The notes under the pieces: model-generated
What the model saw: the letters and a program-made list of their open reading frames with translations, nothing else
The model's database searches: none
Told to the model about the DNA's origin: nothing
NCBI GenBank assembly: GCA_001303445.1
Contig: LJTQ01000001.1
Coordinates: 1 to 62,611 of the forward strand
DNA from: Betaproteobacteria bacterium SG8_39
GTDB lineage: Bacteria > Pseudomonadota > Gammaproteobacteria > Burkholderiales > SG8-39
Reading direction: 5' to 3'
DNA length: 62,611 nucleotides
Position numbers and translations under genes: made by a program
In this document: one piece after another, positions 10,070 to 23,095 of the stretch
Position numbering within the stretch: the stretch's first letter is position 1
Layout of the letters: each line of letters opens with the position of its first letter

Positions 10070-10677
10070 TAAAACCCTGCGCCCGGCTGCGCGAGATATG
10101 CCCGCTCATCGGGCGTCGAAGGTCGCCCGAGCGCCGCGTTGCGATGCGGGAAGCGGCCAAAGCGCTCGATGACTTTCAGATGCTTGAGCGCCCACTCGAG
10201 CAGGTCGTGCGTTTCCGGGAAATCCTTGAGTTGGCCCATCAGTTCACAACAGAGCCGCTGGTCCTCGAGCGACTCGCTGTGCTCGAACGGCAGGTAGACG
10301 AACTGCCGTTCGACGGGCAGCAGCGGCTGGTCGAGTCCGCGGGCGATCGCTTCGCGCGCCGCGGCCAGCGCGAGCGGATCGGCGGCATACGCGCGTGCAT
10401 CGTTGCGAAACAGGTTGCGCGAGAACTGGTCGAGCCCGACGAGGCGTGCCAGACACTCGGGTGCCGTCATCTGCCAGTGCTCGAGGCCGCCGCCTGACAG
10501 CTCTTCGTGCAGCGCGAGAAAGCGGGTGTGGATCTCGGCATCGAAGGCAGCGTCTTTCTTGAACCAGCATTGCCGGCGCTTGCCGTATTCGTCGCGCTCC
10601 CCGAACCAGAAGCGCAAGACCTCCGCGGCGCGGGGGTCTTTGGCTTCTTCGGGCCGGTACACTTGGGGTTCGCTCAT
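10069..10677 (-). CDS. DUF924 family protein
   Basis: Start placed at ATG 10677 ([27 protein letters not shown]...). The WF..D...D..I...F and RFGRFPHRN pattern is typical of DUF924. Confidence 0.75.
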   Translation of the reverse strand: MSEPQVYRPEEAKDPRAAEVLRFWFGERDEYGKRRQCWFKKDAAFDAEIHTRFLALHEELSGGGLEHWQMTAPECLARLVGLDQFSRNLFRNDARAYAADPLALAAAREAIARGLDQPLLPVERQFVYLPFEHSESLEDQRLCCELMGQLKDFPETHDLLEWALKHLKVIERFGRFPHRNAALGRPSTPDERAYLAQPGAGF

Positions 10678-10730
10678 CGCACGGACCGCGCCGCCTTCGA
10701 TGCGCACCGGCGCGGCGCGTTGATTCTCCC

Positions 10731-12782
<2,052 letters not shown>

Positions 12783-12803
12783 GCGCAGGATAGGGCGCCC
12801 GCG

Positions 12804-13343
12804 TCAGTCGGCGCGCGTCCCCTCGAGCGCGCCCGGCATCCAGGGGATGTCGGTCGCGCCCGGGTCGATGCCGAGCTGCGAGAGCAGCGTGGTCAGCTGC
12901 CCGCGATGGTGCGTCTGGTGGTTGAACATATGCGTCGTGAGCAGCCAGCCGGGGAATGTCCGCGTCTTGCCGTCGATACCCGAGGTCCAGGTAAAGTCGG
13001 CCGCCAGCCAGGCCTCAGTCAGCCTATCCGCCCAGCGCACGATCTCGCCGTCGAGCCAGGCGCGTTCCGTGCGCAGCGCCTCGAAGTCGTCGAACAGGAT
13101 CGCGTCGGTGCGCGGCGCATAGAACCGCCCGCTCGGATCGTCGCGATCGGCACCGAGAAACCGACCGAGCCAGATGCGGTCACCAAACAGAAGGTGGTTC
13201 AGGGTGCCGTGGATGGACTTGAAGAACGCGCCGCGGTCGCGCTTGCGCTCGGCGTCCGGAATCGGTGCGCAGGCGGCGTAGACGCGCGAATTCATCCAGC
13301 GGTTGTAGGCCGCCATCGTGCGGGCGTGCTGCGGCGAGATCAT
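12804..13343 (-). CDS. DinB family (damage-inducible, four-helix-bundle) protein
   Basis: 179 aa. AYNRWMNSRVY..., GTLNHLLFGDRIWL and HMFNHQTHHRGQL are DinB-family His-triad motifs. Confidence 0.8.
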   Translation of the reverse strand: MISPQHARTMAAYNRWMNSRVYAACAPIPDAERKRDRGAFFKSIHGTLNHLLFGDRIWLGRFLGADRDDPSGRFYAPRTDAILFDDFEALRTERAWLDGEIVRWADRLTEAWLAADFTWTSGIDGKTRTFPGWLLTTHMFNHQTHHRGQLTTLLSQLGIDPGATDIPWMPGALEGTRAD

Positions 13344-13394
13344 GGGCGAGCATGAAACAGTCTGCGCGCCGCGGAGAGCGGCGTAAAGACCGCG

Positions 13395-14429
13395 TCAGGT
13401 CGGGGCGCCGGTTGCCAGATCGGCCTGCGTGGTAAAGCTGTCGGCGTAGAACTCGTCCTCGGGCAGCCCGCACTGCCCGATGAAGTCCTTTTTCGCGGAA
13501 TCGACCATCACCGGCACCCCGCAGGCATAAACCTGGCGACCGGAGAGGTCCGGAAAATCCTCCATCACCGCGCGGTGCACGAAGCCGCTGCGGCCGTGCC
13601 AGTCATCCTCGGGCAGTGCGTCCGAAACGACGGGCACGTAACGGAAGTTGTCGTGCGCCGCCGCCCAGCTTTCGGCCAGCGCGTTCATGTAGAGATCCTT
13701 CGGCCGGCGCCCGCCCCAGTACAGCACCATCGAGCGGTCGATGCCCTTGGCGAAGGCCGTTTCCAGGATCGACTTGATCGGCGCGAAGCCGGTGCCCGAG
13801 GCGACGAAGACGATCGGCTTGTCGGCGTCTTCGCGCAGAAAGAAGGTTCCGAGCGGCCCCTCGAAGCGCAGGATGTCGCGCTCCTTCATCTTGCCGAAGA
13901 CATGGTCGGTGAACTGCCCGCCCGGCACATGGCGAACGTGCAGCTGCACCAGTTCGTCGTCATGCGGTGCGTTCGCCATGGAAAAACTGCGCCGCGAACC
14001 GTCGCGCAGCAGGAATTCGAGGTACTGGCCGGGGAGGAACTGCAGCCGCTCGTTCGCCGGCAGTTTCAGGTACAGGACCATGACGTCGTCGGTGAGCCGC
14101 TCGAGCTTCTGCACGCGGCAGGGCAGCGTCTTGACCGGGATGTCCTTCGCCGCGCCGACTGTACGCGCTTCGATCACCACATCGCCGAGCGGCTTGGCCT
14201 GACAGAACAGCGCCTTGCCCGCCCCCTTCTCGGCCTCGGACAAGGCTTTGGCCTGGTACTCGCCGTAATCGACCTTGCCCTCGAGCACCGTGCCCTTGCA
14301 GCTGCCGCAGGCGCCGTTACGGCAGCCGTAGGGCAGCACAAAGCCCTGGCGCAACGCCGCGGTGAGGATCGATTCGCCGGCTTCGACGCTGAACTGGTGG
14401 CCGCTCGGCTGCAGGGTAACGTTGTGCAT
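13395..14429 (-). CDS. 2Fe-2S ferredoxin / FAD / NAD(P)-binding oxidoreductase (CDP-6-deoxy-delta-3,4-glucoseen reductase-like)
   Basis: Start moved to ATG 14429 (MHNVTLQPSGHQFSVEAGESILTAALRQGFVLPYGCRNGACGSCKG). Plant-type ferredoxin Cys motif, then FNR-like RSFSMAN and ASGTGFAP. Confidence 0.85.
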   Translation of the reverse strand: MHNVTLQPSGHQFSVEAGESILTAALRQGFVLPYGCRNGACGSCKGTVLEGKVDYGEYQAKALSEAEKGAGKALFCQAKPLGDVVIEARTVGAAKDIPVKTLPCRVQKLERLTDDVMVLYLKLPANERLQFLPGQYLEFLLRDGSRRSFSMANAPHDDELVQLHVRHVPGGQFTDHVFGKMKERDILRFEGPLGTFFLREDADKPIVFVASGTGFAPIKSILETAFAKGIDRSMVLYWGGRRPKDLYMNALAESWAAAHDNFRYVPVVSDALPEDDWHGRSGFVHRAVMEDFPDLSGRQVYACGVPVMVDSAKKDFIGQCGLPEDEFYADSFTTQADLATGAPT

Positions 14430-14447
14430 GATCGTAAAATCGCCCCG

Positions 14448-15305
14448 ATGAAACGCCTGCTGATCGCGGGGCACGGCGATGTCGCCCGCCGCCTCGTCCC
14501 GCAGCTGCCCGCCACGGTGGAGTTGCGGTCGCTTGCGCGCCGACTCGGGGCCGACCTCGACCAGCCCGACACGCTCGAGGCCGCGCTCGACTGGGCGGAC
14601 AGCGTACTTCACGCCGCGCCGCCGCCCGCCGAGGGCGAGATCGATCCCCGTACCGCAAACCTGCTTGCGATGCTTGAAAAGGGACGCATTCTACCAACGC
14701 GCTTCGTCTACATCAGCACGAGCGGCGTGTACGGGGACTGTGGCGGTGCCTCGGTGGACGAAACGCGCGCACCGAACCCGCAGACCGCGCGCGCAAAACG
14801 CCGGCTCGACGCCGAACAACGGCTCGCCGCCTGGTGCAGACCGCGCGGCGTGCGACTCATCGTCCTGCGCGCGCCCGGCATCTACGCGGCGGATCGCCTG
14901 CCGCTCGAGCGCCTGCGCGCGGGCACGCCGGTCCTGCGCGATGCGGACGACGTCTACACCAACCACATTCATGCCGTTGATCTCGCCGCCTGCGCCCTGC
15001 GCGCGCTCGAGGACGACGCGCCGGCCGGCGTCTACAACGCAAGCGACGACTCGACGCTGAAGATGGGTGAATGGTTCGACTTCCTTGCCGACCGCGCCGG
15101 GTTGCCGCGCCCGCCGCGCATCGCGCGCAGCGACGCCGCGGGCCGGGTCTCGCCGGCGCTGCTCTCGTTCATGCGCGAATCACGCCGCCTGGACAATCGG
15201 CGCCTGAAGACGATCCTCGGCGTACGGCTGCGCTACCCGACGGTGCGCGACGGGGTGCCCGCCGACCTGGCACGGCGCGCCGGCGAAGCGGCGCGCGCCG
15301 AGTGA
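14448..15305 (+). CDS. NAD-dependent epimerase/dehydratase (extended SDR) family protein
   Basis: Real start taken as ATG 14448 (MKRLLIAGHGDVARRL...), only 18 nt from the divergent reductase start. YISTSGVYGD and Rossmann-like layout. The rest of track ORF 13575-15305 is antisense to the reductase gene. Confidence 0.72.
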   Translation: MKRLLIAGHGDVARRLVPQLPATVELRSLARRLGADLDQPDTLEAALDWADSVLHAAPPPAEGEIDPRTANLLAMLEKGRILPTRFVYISTSGVYGDCGGASVDETRAPNPQTARAKRRLDAEQRLAAWCRPRGVRLIVLRAPGIYAADRLPLERLRAGTPVLRDADDVYTNHIHAVDLAACALRALEDDAPAGVYNASDDSTLKMGEWFDFLADRAGLPRPPRIARSDAAGRVSPALLSFMRESRRLDNRRLKTILGVRLRYPTVRDGVPADLARRAGEAARAE

Positions 15306-15405
15306 AGTGCGCGTCCTGCGCCCGTGCTTGCCGCTGCGCGCGCGCGCAGAGTATAAAGATCGGCTGTTTTCCGCATGGCGCGGGCACTGACAGGGGGCCT
15401 GAAGG

Positions 15406-15723
15406 GTGAGCGCATTGGTGGTCCTGACGAACGTTCCCGATCGCGCGACGGCCGAGCGGCTCGCGCGCCTGCTTGTCGAGCAGCAGCTGGCGGCTTGCGT
15501 GAACGTGCTCGCGCCGTGCCGTTCCTTCTACCGCTGGGAAGGTGCGGTGCAGCAGGACGATGAGATTCCGCTGCTCATCAAGACGACGCGCACGCGCTAC
15601 CCGGCTCTCGAGGTGGCGATTCGCGGTGGACACCCGGCCGAACTTCCCGAGATCATTGCGGTCCCAGTCGAGTGCGGGCTCGCCGCCTACCTGGATTGGG
15701 TCGACGCCGAAACCACGCCCTGA
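15406..15723 (+). CDS. cutA: divalent-cation tolerance protein CutA
   Basis: 105 aa. VVLTNVPDRATAERLARLLVEQQLAACVNVL...YRWEG...E..L.IKT. Lies immediately upstream of dsbD, as in the E. coli cutA-dipZ operon. Confidence 0.88.
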   Translation: MSALVVLTNVPDRATAERLARLLVEQQLAACVNVLAPCRSFYRWEGAVQQDDEIPLLIKTTRTRYPALEVAIRGGHPAELPEIIAVPVECGLAAYLDWVDAETTP

Positions 15724-15736
15724 TCCGCCCGCCACT

Positions 15737-17578
15737 ATGCACACTGCGCTTCGCTCCCTCGCTTTCTTCCTGATCGCCTTTGTTGCGCTGCCCGCCGCTG
15801 CGCAGTTCAAGCTGTTCGGCCAGGGCGACGCGTTGCTCGAACCCGAGAAGGCGTTCCAGTTCGCGGCGCGCGCGATCGACGCGCGCACGCTGGAAGTGAA
15901 CTTCACGATCGCCGACGGCTACTACATGTACCGCGACAAGTTCCGTTTTGCGCTCGAAGGCACGGACGGTGTCGTGCTCGGCGTGCCGCAGCTGCCGCCC
16001 GGGATCCGCAAGAAGGACGAGTTTTTCGGCGAAGTCGAGACCTATCGCAAGAGCGTGAGCGTGCAGCTGCCGCTCGAGCGCGCCAACCCGGCCGCGCAGA
16101 GTATCAAGCTCAACGTGACCTCGCAGGGCTGCGCCGACATCGGCGTGTGCTACACGCCGATGGATTCGAGCGCGACGCTGCAGCTCGCGGCCCTGTCGGC
16201 CAGCGACGGGGGCGGTGGCGCGGGCGGCGCGCCGGTGCTCAGCGAGGCGCCGCGCGCGATCGAGCCGTCGGCGAGCTTCTCGATCTTTGCCAGCGACCTC
16301 GACATCGCGAAGCTGTTCGAGGGCAACCTGGTGATCGTGCTGCTCAGCTTTCTCGGCTTCGGCCTGCTGCTGGCATTCACGCCCTGCGTGCTGCCGATGG
16401 TGCCGATTCTGTCGGGCATCATTGCCGGCGAAGGCCGCGGTCTGAACAAGGCGCGTGCGTTCATCCTGTCGCTGGCGTACGTGCTCGGCATGGCGGTGAC
16501 CTATGCCGCCGCGGGCGTGGCGGCGGCGTACTCGGGCACCCTACTCGCCGCGGCGCTGCAGAACGCATGGGTGCTCGGCAGCTTTGCGCTGGTGTTTGTC
16601 TGGCTGGCGCTGTCCATGTTTGGCTTCTACGACCTGCAGCTGCCGGGTTTCCTGCATCACCGGCTGCATTCGGCGCACCGTCGCCTCGAGGGCGGGAAAA
16701 TCGCATCGGTCGCGGCGATGGGCATGTTCTCGGCGATCATCGTCAGCCCCTGCGTCGCGGCGCCGCTCGCGGGCGCGCTGCTCTACATCTCGCAGACCAA
16801 GGACGTTGCGCTCGGCGGCGCCGCCCTGTTCGCGATGGCGCTCGGCATGGGCATCCCGCTCATCGCGGTCGGCGTTTCCGAAGGCGCGCTGCTGCCGAAA
16901 TCGGGCGCCTGGATGGAGGGCGTGAAGAAGTTCTTTGGCGTGCTGCTGCTCGGCGTCGCCATCTGGATCGTTTCGCCGATTGTTCCGGTTGCGGTCCAGA
17001 TGCTGGCCTGGGCCGCGCTGCTGGTCGGCGGCGCGATGTTCCTGCGCGCGATCGATCCGCTGCCGGCGACCGCGTCGGGCTGGGCGCGGCTGTGGAAAGG
17101 CGTCGGCATGCTGGCGCTGGTCGCGGGGATCGCGATGCTGGTGGGCGTGCTTGCTGGCGCGCGCGATCCGCTGAAGCCGCTGGGGGGCGTGATGGGCGGT
17201 GCACAGACGGTTGCCGCGCCGGTGAACTGGGTACGCGTGAATTCGGTGCCCGAGCTCGAGCAACGGCTGCAGTCCGCGGGACGACCGGTGATGCTCGATT
17301 TCTACGCCGACTGGTGCGTGTCCTGCAAGGAGATGGAACGGTTCACGTTCAGTGACCCGGGCGTGCGTGCGGTCATGGACAAGATGCTGCTGCTGCAGGC
17401 CGACGTGACCGAGAACACCGCCCAGCACAAGCTGCTGCTCAAGCGCTTTTCCCTCTTCGGCCCACCGGGGATCATCTTTTTCGATGCCAAGGGACGCGAG
17501 ATCAAGGGGCTGCGCGTCGTCGGCTACCAGGACAGCGATCGCTTCCTGAAGACGCTCGCTCAGGCCAACCCGCGCTGA
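15737..17578 (+). CDS. dsbD: thiol:disulfide interchange protein DsbD
   Basis: Start at ATG 15737 (MHTALRSLAFFLIAFVALPAAAQ signal peptide). N-terminal periplasmic domain with QGCADIGVCY, central TM domain with FTPCVLPMVP and SPCVAAP, C-terminal thioredoxin YADWCVSCKEME. Confidence 0.9.
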   Translation: MHTALRSLAFFLIAFVALPAAAQFKLFGQGDALLEPEKAFQFAARAIDARTLEVNFTIADGYYMYRDKFRFALEGTDGVVLGVPQLPPGIRKKDEFFGEVETYRKSVSVQLPLERANPAAQSIKLNVTSQGCADIGVCYTPMDSSATLQLAALSASDGGGGAGGAPVLSEAPRAIEPSASFSIFASDLDIAKLFEGNLVIVLLSFLGFGLLLAFTPCVLPMVPILSGIIAGEGRGLNKARAFILSLAYVLGMAVTYAAAGVAAAYSGTLLAAALQNAWVLGSFALVFVWLALSMFGFYDLQLPGFLHHRLHSAHRRLEGGKIASVAAMGMFSAIIVSPCVAAPLAGALLYISQTKDVALGGAALFAMALGMGIPLIAVGVSEGALLPKSGAWMEGVKKFFGVLLLGVAIWIVSPIVPVAVQMLAWAALLVGGAMFLRAIDPLPATASGWARLWKGVGMLALVAGIAMLVGVLAGARDPLKPLGGVMGGAQTVAAPVNWVRVNSVPELEQRLQSAGRPVMLDFYADWCVSCKEMERFTFSDPGVRAVMDKMLLLQADVTENTAQHKLLLKRFSLFGPPGIIFFDAKGREIKGLRVVGYQDSDRFLKTLAQANPR

Positions 17579-17586
17579 GGCAGTCG

Positions 17587-18423
17587 ATGCGCGCGCCGAT
17601 CTCGGGCATCGACCATGTCGTTATCGCGGTGCGCGATCTCGATCATGCGCAGGCGGTGTACTCGCGTCTCGGCTTTACGCTGACCCCGCGCGGCGTGCAC
17701 ACGCTCGGCTCGCAGAACCACTGCGTCATGTTCGAGCGTGACTATTTCGAGCTGCTCGCGCCGCCCAGGACGCACCCGGCGATGCAGTACTACGCGGATT
17801 TCCTCGGTCGGGGCGACGGTCTCGCCGCAATCGCGCTCGGAACCGAGGATGCCAACGCCGCGCATGCCGCGCTGCGTGCGAACGGCATCGAGGCGGACGC
17901 GCCGCTCGACTTCGCGCGTCCGGTCGCGCTGCCCGAGGGCACGCGCGACGCGGCGTTCCGTATCGTCCAGCTGCCGGTCGATCAGACCCCCGGATGCCGG
18001 ACCTTTCTCTGCCAGCACTTCACGCGCGACGTCGTCTGGCGCCCCGAGTACCAGCGGCACGCGCTGGGTGCGATCGGCCTCGCAGGCATCGCGGTGATCG
18101 TCGAGGATCCGGCGCGCGATGCGCCAAGCTACGCGAAGATCTTCGACGCCAGGCCGCAGGCGATCGCTGAGGGCCTGCGCATCGATACCGGAAGCACGCC
18201 GATCGCGCTCACCGCGCGCGGCAAGCTCGGGCGCAGGCTGGCCGGCGTCGAGCTACCGGTGCGCCCGCGACCCTTTGTCGCGGCGCTGTTCATCCGCGTC
18301 GCCGACCGCCTTGCCGCGGTGGAGACGCTGCGTAGAGGCGGCTTCGCGCCGATCGCATTGAAAGACGGCTCGTACGCGGTGCATGCGCACGAGGCCTGCG
18401 GGGTGACGTTGGTGTTTGGGTAG
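17587..18423 (+). CDS. VOC / glyoxalase-like domain protein
   Basis: 278 aa. GIDHVVIAVRDLDHAQAVYSRLGFTLTPRG...HCVMFERDYFELL is typical of glyoxalase-like (VOC) proteins. Exact function unknown. Confidence 0.65.
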   Translation: MRAPISGIDHVVIAVRDLDHAQAVYSRLGFTLTPRGVHTLGSQNHCVMFERDYFELLAPPRTHPAMQYYADFLGRGDGLAAIALGTEDANAAHAALRANGIEADAPLDFARPVALPEGTRDAAFRIVQLPVDQTPGCRTFLCQHFTRDVVWRPEYQRHALGAIGLAGIAVIVEDPARDAPSYAKIFDARPQAIAEGLRIDTGSTPIALTARGKLGRRLAGVELPVRPRPFVAALFIRVADRLAAVETLRRGGFAPIALKDGSYAVHAHEACGVTLVFG

Positions 18424-18480
18424 CGACGCTGCGCGTTCGTAAAAGCGCTCGATGATTGCTCCGCGCCCGCAACTCCAGCC

Positions 18481-19677
<1,197 letters not shown>

Positions 19678-19680
19678 TTA

Positions 19681-19716
19681 GCCCCCGGTTTATTCCCCTT
19701 TACCGGGGGCTTTTTT
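19681..19716 (+). terminator. intrinsic-terminator-shaped hairpin oriented on the + strand (opposite to both neighbouring genes)
   Basis: GCCCCCGGT (19681-19689) / ACCGGGGGC (19702-19710), 12-nt loop, then TTTTTT (19711-19716). The hairpin encloses the engB stop codon. On the minus strand it is not followed by a U-tract. Confidence 0.4.
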
Positions 19717-20328
19717 ATTCCCGTGTTCAGCGCACCAGGCGTCGGCCCAGGCCGCGAGCAGGGCGCGCGCGTCGTCCACGCCCTCGCGCGTGACGCTCGA
19801 AAAAAGCCGTACCTCGCCCGGCATGCCACGCGCCGCAAGACCCTCGCGCGCCTGTACAAGCGCAGCCGCGCGCTCGCGCTTGCTCAGCTTGTCGGCCTTG
19901 GAAAGCAGAACCAGAACGGGGCGACCCAGCGGCTGTGCCCAGTCGAGCATGCGCACGTCGTGCTCGGTAAACGGCCGGCGCGCGTCCATGAGGATGACCA
20001 GTGCGGCAAGCGCAGCACGCGCCGCAAGGTAGCCGCCGACGAGGCGATCCCATTGCGCGCGCACGGCCTGCGGCACGCGCGCGAAACCGTATCCGGGAAG
20101 ATCGGCCAGGCGCACGCCGTCGCCGATGTCGAAGAAGTTGATGGTCTGCGTGCGCCCCGGCGTCTTGCTCGTAAAGGCGAGGCGCTTGCGACCGGTGAGC
20201 GCGTTGATCGCGCTCGACTTGCCGACGTTGGAGCGGCCGCAGAACGCGATCTCGGGCGGCCCCTCGTCCGGCAGTTGCGAAAGCTTGCCGATCGAGGCAA
20301 CGTATCGGGCTTGATCGAATGGGCGCAT
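19690..20328 (-). CDS. engB: ribosome-biogenesis GTPase YihA/EngB
   Basis: Start at ATG 20328 (MRPFDQARYVASIGKLSQLPDEGPPEIAFCGRSNVGKSSAIN). G1 GRSNVGKS, G3 DLPGYG, G4 SKADK. Confidence 0.9.
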   Translation of the reverse strand: MRPFDQARYVASIGKLSQLPDEGPPEIAFCGRSNVGKSSAINALTGRKRLAFTSKTPGRTQTINFFDIGDGVRLADLPGYGFARVPQAVRAQWDRLVGGYLAARAALAALVILMDARRPFTEHDVRMLDWAQPLGRPVLVLLSKADKLSKRERAAALVQAREGLAARGMPGEVRLFSSVTREGVDDARALLAAWADAWCAEHGNKKAPGKGE

Positions 20329-20437
20329 GCCGTGTGGCGTGCCGCCGCGCACCGCGCGCCGGTCGCACCGAGACTCTGGAAGAAGCAGAAATTGTAATAA
20401 AATTGCGGGCTTTGACCTCGATGCGGGGAGTTCGAGC

Positions 20438-21073
20438 ATGATTCGAGTCGTGGCGATGAGCGCCTGCCTGGCCGTGGTATCCGCGGGTCACGCATTGGCG
20501 CAGGACACCGCCAAGCCCGACGTCGCCAAGGGCCAGGCCGTCGCTTCACAAGTCTGCGTGGCCTGCCATATGGCGGACGGCAACAGCGCGCAGCCCGAAA
20601 ATCCCAAGCTCGCGGCGCAGTTTCCGGAGTATCTCTACAAGCAGTTGACGAACTTCAAGCCGCAGGGCAGTGCAAAGCCCGAGCGCGAAAATGCCATCAT
20701 GGCGGGCATGACGGCAAACCTGTCGGACGCGGACATGCGCAACGTTGCCGCGTACTACGCGGCCCAGACGCTGCGACCTGCGGCGGCGCAGGACAAGGCG
20801 CTCGTGGCGCTGGGCCAGAAGATCTATCGCGGCGGTAATCCCAAGACCGGTGTGGCGGCCTGCGCCGGATGCCACGGACCGGCGGGCGCCGGCATGCCGA
20901 AGCAGTACCCGCGCATCTCGGGCCAGTTTGCGCAGTACGTCGAGTCGCAGCTCAAGGCATTTCGTTCCGGCGCGCGCGCGAACGATCCGAACGGCATGAT
21001 GCGCGGCGTCGCCGCGCGCATGACGGACTCGGAAATCAAGGCGGTTGCCGAATACACGGCGGGCCTGCGTTAG
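20438..21073 (+). CDS. dihaem cytochrome c4
   Basis: Start at ATG 20438 (signal peptide MIRVVAMSACLAVVSAGHALA). Two CxxCH sites (CVACH, CAGCH), each followed by a Met-containing distal segment. Divergent from engB, as in pseudomonads. Confidence 0.88.
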   Translation: MIRVVAMSACLAVVSAGHALAQDTAKPDVAKGQAVASQVCVACHMADGNSAQPENPKLAAQFPEYLYKQLTNFKPQGSAKPERENAIMAGMTANLSDADMRNVAAYYAAQTLRPAAAQDKALVALGQKIYRGGNPKTGVAACAGCHGPAGAGMPKQYPRISGQFAQYVESQLKAFRSGARANDPNGMMRGVAARMTDSEIKAVAEYTAGLR

Positions 21074-21117
21074 CCAGTCCTTGCGCACGCCGCGGCGCTG
21101 GCCGGGCTCAGCGGTCG

Positions 21118-21150
21118 AAGGGGTGAGCGAAAGCTCACCCCTTTGTCGTT
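21118..21150 (+). terminator. Rho-independent terminator after cytochrome c4 gene
   Basis: AAGGGGTGAGC (21118-21128), GAAA loop, GCTCACCCCTT (21133-21143), followed by TGTCGTTTC. Confidence 0.7.
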
Positions 21151-21316
21151 TCTGCGGCAGCACTCCGACCCCCCGAGCCCCAGCGAGACGCTTTTCGAGG
21201 CCGCCGATTCACTGATTGCGCCACGGGGATTCGCGCCGGGCGGGGAATAACCGCGCAGGTCGGGTGTTGTCCAGGCATCCACGCGCCGGTTCGGCGCGTG
21301 CCAAGGGGTAAAGCGC

Positions 21317-22003
21317 GTGTCCGACCGTTCGGCCCGAATCTGGGATCTGCCTGTGCGCCTGTTTCACTGGTCACTCGCGCTGGTCGTCGCGTTTCAGTTC
21401 TTCAGCGGCAATGTCGGCGGAAACCTGATGCGCTGGCACATGCTCGGCGGGTACACGATCCTCGTCCTGGTTCTGTTTCGCCTGGCCTGGGGCGTGGGCG
21501 GGAGCACCACGGCACGCTTTTCGAGTTTTCTTGCCGGTCCGCGCGCGGCGCTGGCGTTCGCCCGGCGGCTGTTATCGCGCGCGCCGGCGCCGTACGCCGG
21601 CCATAACCCGCTCGGCGGATGGATGGTGGTCGCGCTGCTCGTGGCGCTGGCGCTCCAGGCGGGGAGCGGCCTGTTCGCCAACGACGACATCGCCACCGAG
21701 GGGCCGCTGGCCGCGCTGGTGTCGAAGGCGACCTCGGATCGCCTGACGGCGGTTCATCACTGGACCCACAAGGGCCTGCTGGCATTGATTGCGTTGCATC
21801 TTGGCGCGGTCCTGTACCACTGGCGTGTCAAGAAGGAAAACCTGGTCGGCGCGATGTTCACCGGCGTCAAGCGCTTGCCGGCCGAGCTCGCACAGGAATC
21901 TGCCGCGTTGCGCTTCGCCAGTCCGTGGCGCGCGCTGGCGTTGCTCGTGGTGGCCGCACTGCTCGTCTGGCTGCTCGTTTCGAAAACCTTCCTGAAACTG
22001 TGA
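21317..22003 (+). CDS. cytochrome b561 family (CybB-like) membrane protein
   Basis: 228 aa, GTG start. IWDLPVRLFHWSLALVV...RWHMLGGY...GHNPLGGW...HHWTHKGLLALIALHLGAVLYH gives four TM helices with the conserved haem-ligand histidines. Confidence 0.8.
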   Translation: MSDRSARIWDLPVRLFHWSLALVVAFQFFSGNVGGNLMRWHMLGGYTILVLVLFRLAWGVGGSTTARFSSFLAGPRAALAFARRLLSRAPAPYAGHNPLGGWMVVALLVALALQAGSGLFANDDIATEGPLAALVSKATSDRLTAVHHWTHKGLLALIALHLGAVLYHWRVKKENLVGAMFTGVKRLPAELAQESAALRFASPWRALALLVVAALLVWLLVSKTFLKL

Positions 22004-22019
22004 ACCTGGAGAACACCCT

Positions 22020-22502
22020 ATGAAAAGCTTCGTCAAGTACGGCATCGCCCTCGGACTGATGGCCAGCGCAACCGGCATCGCGTACGCACAGATGAAACCG
22101 GAGGCGGCGATCCGCGCGCGCCAGTCGATCATGCGGGTGATGTCACTCAACTTCGGCCCGGTGGCGGGAATGGCACAGGGCAAGATCGCGTTCAACAAGG
22201 ACGTCTTCGCGACCAATGCGCTGCGGCTGGAGTCGGTCTGGGCGATGAACGTCGCGGCCTTCTTCCCGGCCGGCAGCGACAAGCCCGTGGCAGGTTCGAA
22301 GATCGCCGAGTTCACCCGGGCGAAGCCGGAGATCTGGTCCCAGCCGGACAAGTTCAAGCAGGCCCAGGACACGATGACGGAGGCCGTGGGCAAGCTCGCT
22401 GCCGCCGTCAAATCCGGGGACGAGGGCGCGATGAAGGCTGCGGCGGGCGGTGTCGGCAAGGCCTGCAAGGGCTGCCACGACGATTTCCAGGCCAAGCCCT
22501 AG
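22020..22502 (+). CDS. cytochrome c-prime (class II cytochrome c)
   Basis: 160 aa, signal peptide, four-helix-bundle pattern (AIRARQSIMRVMSLNFGPV) and single C-terminal CKGCH haem site. Confidence 0.88.
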   Translation: MKSFVKYGIALGLMASATGIAYAQMKPEAAIRARQSIMRVMSLNFGPVAGMAQGKIAFNKDVFATNALRLESVWAMNVAAFFPAGSDKPVAGSKIAEFTRAKPEIWSQPDKFKQAQDTMTEAVGKLAAAVKSGDEGAMKAAAGGVGKACKGCHDDFQAKP

Positions 22503-22594
22503 GCGGCCCGGTGCGGCGCCCGCGGGGCCGGCGGTCGGCCCCTGGCCTTCCGCCGCGCTAGCATACCGGCTGTGCCGGCAGACGGAATGCCAGG

Positions 22595-23095
22595 GTGATG
22601 GACCGCGATCAGGTCGTTGCGCTCATACCGCGGCTGCGCCGCTACGCGCGCGCGCTGGTCGGTGATCCGGGTGCGGCCGACGACCTGGTCCAGGACACCC
22701 TGGAGCGGGCGCTCGGCAAGTTCCACCTCTGGAAACCCGGGACCGATCTGCGCGCATGGCTGTTCGCGATCATGCACAACGTTCACGTGAATCAAGTGCG
22801 CCGGCGCCGCGAGGTGGCGGCGCTCGATCAGGAGGCCGAGGAACTCCCGGTGCGCGCCGCGCAGGAAGGCGCACTGGCGGCACGCGACCTGCAGCGCGGA
22901 CTCGAGCGCCTGCCAGTGGAGCAGCGCCAGGTGCTGCTGCTCGTCGTGCTCGAGGACATGAGCTACCAGGAGGTTGCCGCGGCGCTCGAGGTGCCGATCG
23001 GCACGGTGATGTCACGCCTGTCTCGGGCACGAGACAAGTTGCGTGTCGCAATGGAAGGATCGTCCCCGTCGACGCGTTTGCAGGTCGTCAAATGA
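22595..23095 (+). CDS. ECF (sigma-70 group IV) RNA polymerase sigma factor
   Basis: 166 aa. Region 2 (DDLVQDTLERAL...LRAWLFAIMHNVHVNQVRR) and region 4 (QRQVLLLVVLEDMSYQEVAAALEVPIGTVMSRLSRAR). Start is GTG 22595 or ATG 22598. Confidence 0.88.
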   Translation: MMDRDQVVALIPRLRRYARALVGDPGAADDLVQDTLERALGKFHLWKPGTDLRAWLFAIMHNVHVNQVRRRREVAALDQEAEELPVRAAQEGALAARDLQRGLERLPVEQRQVLLLVVLEDMSYQEVAAALEVPIGTVMSRLSRARDKLRVAMEGSSPSTRLQVVK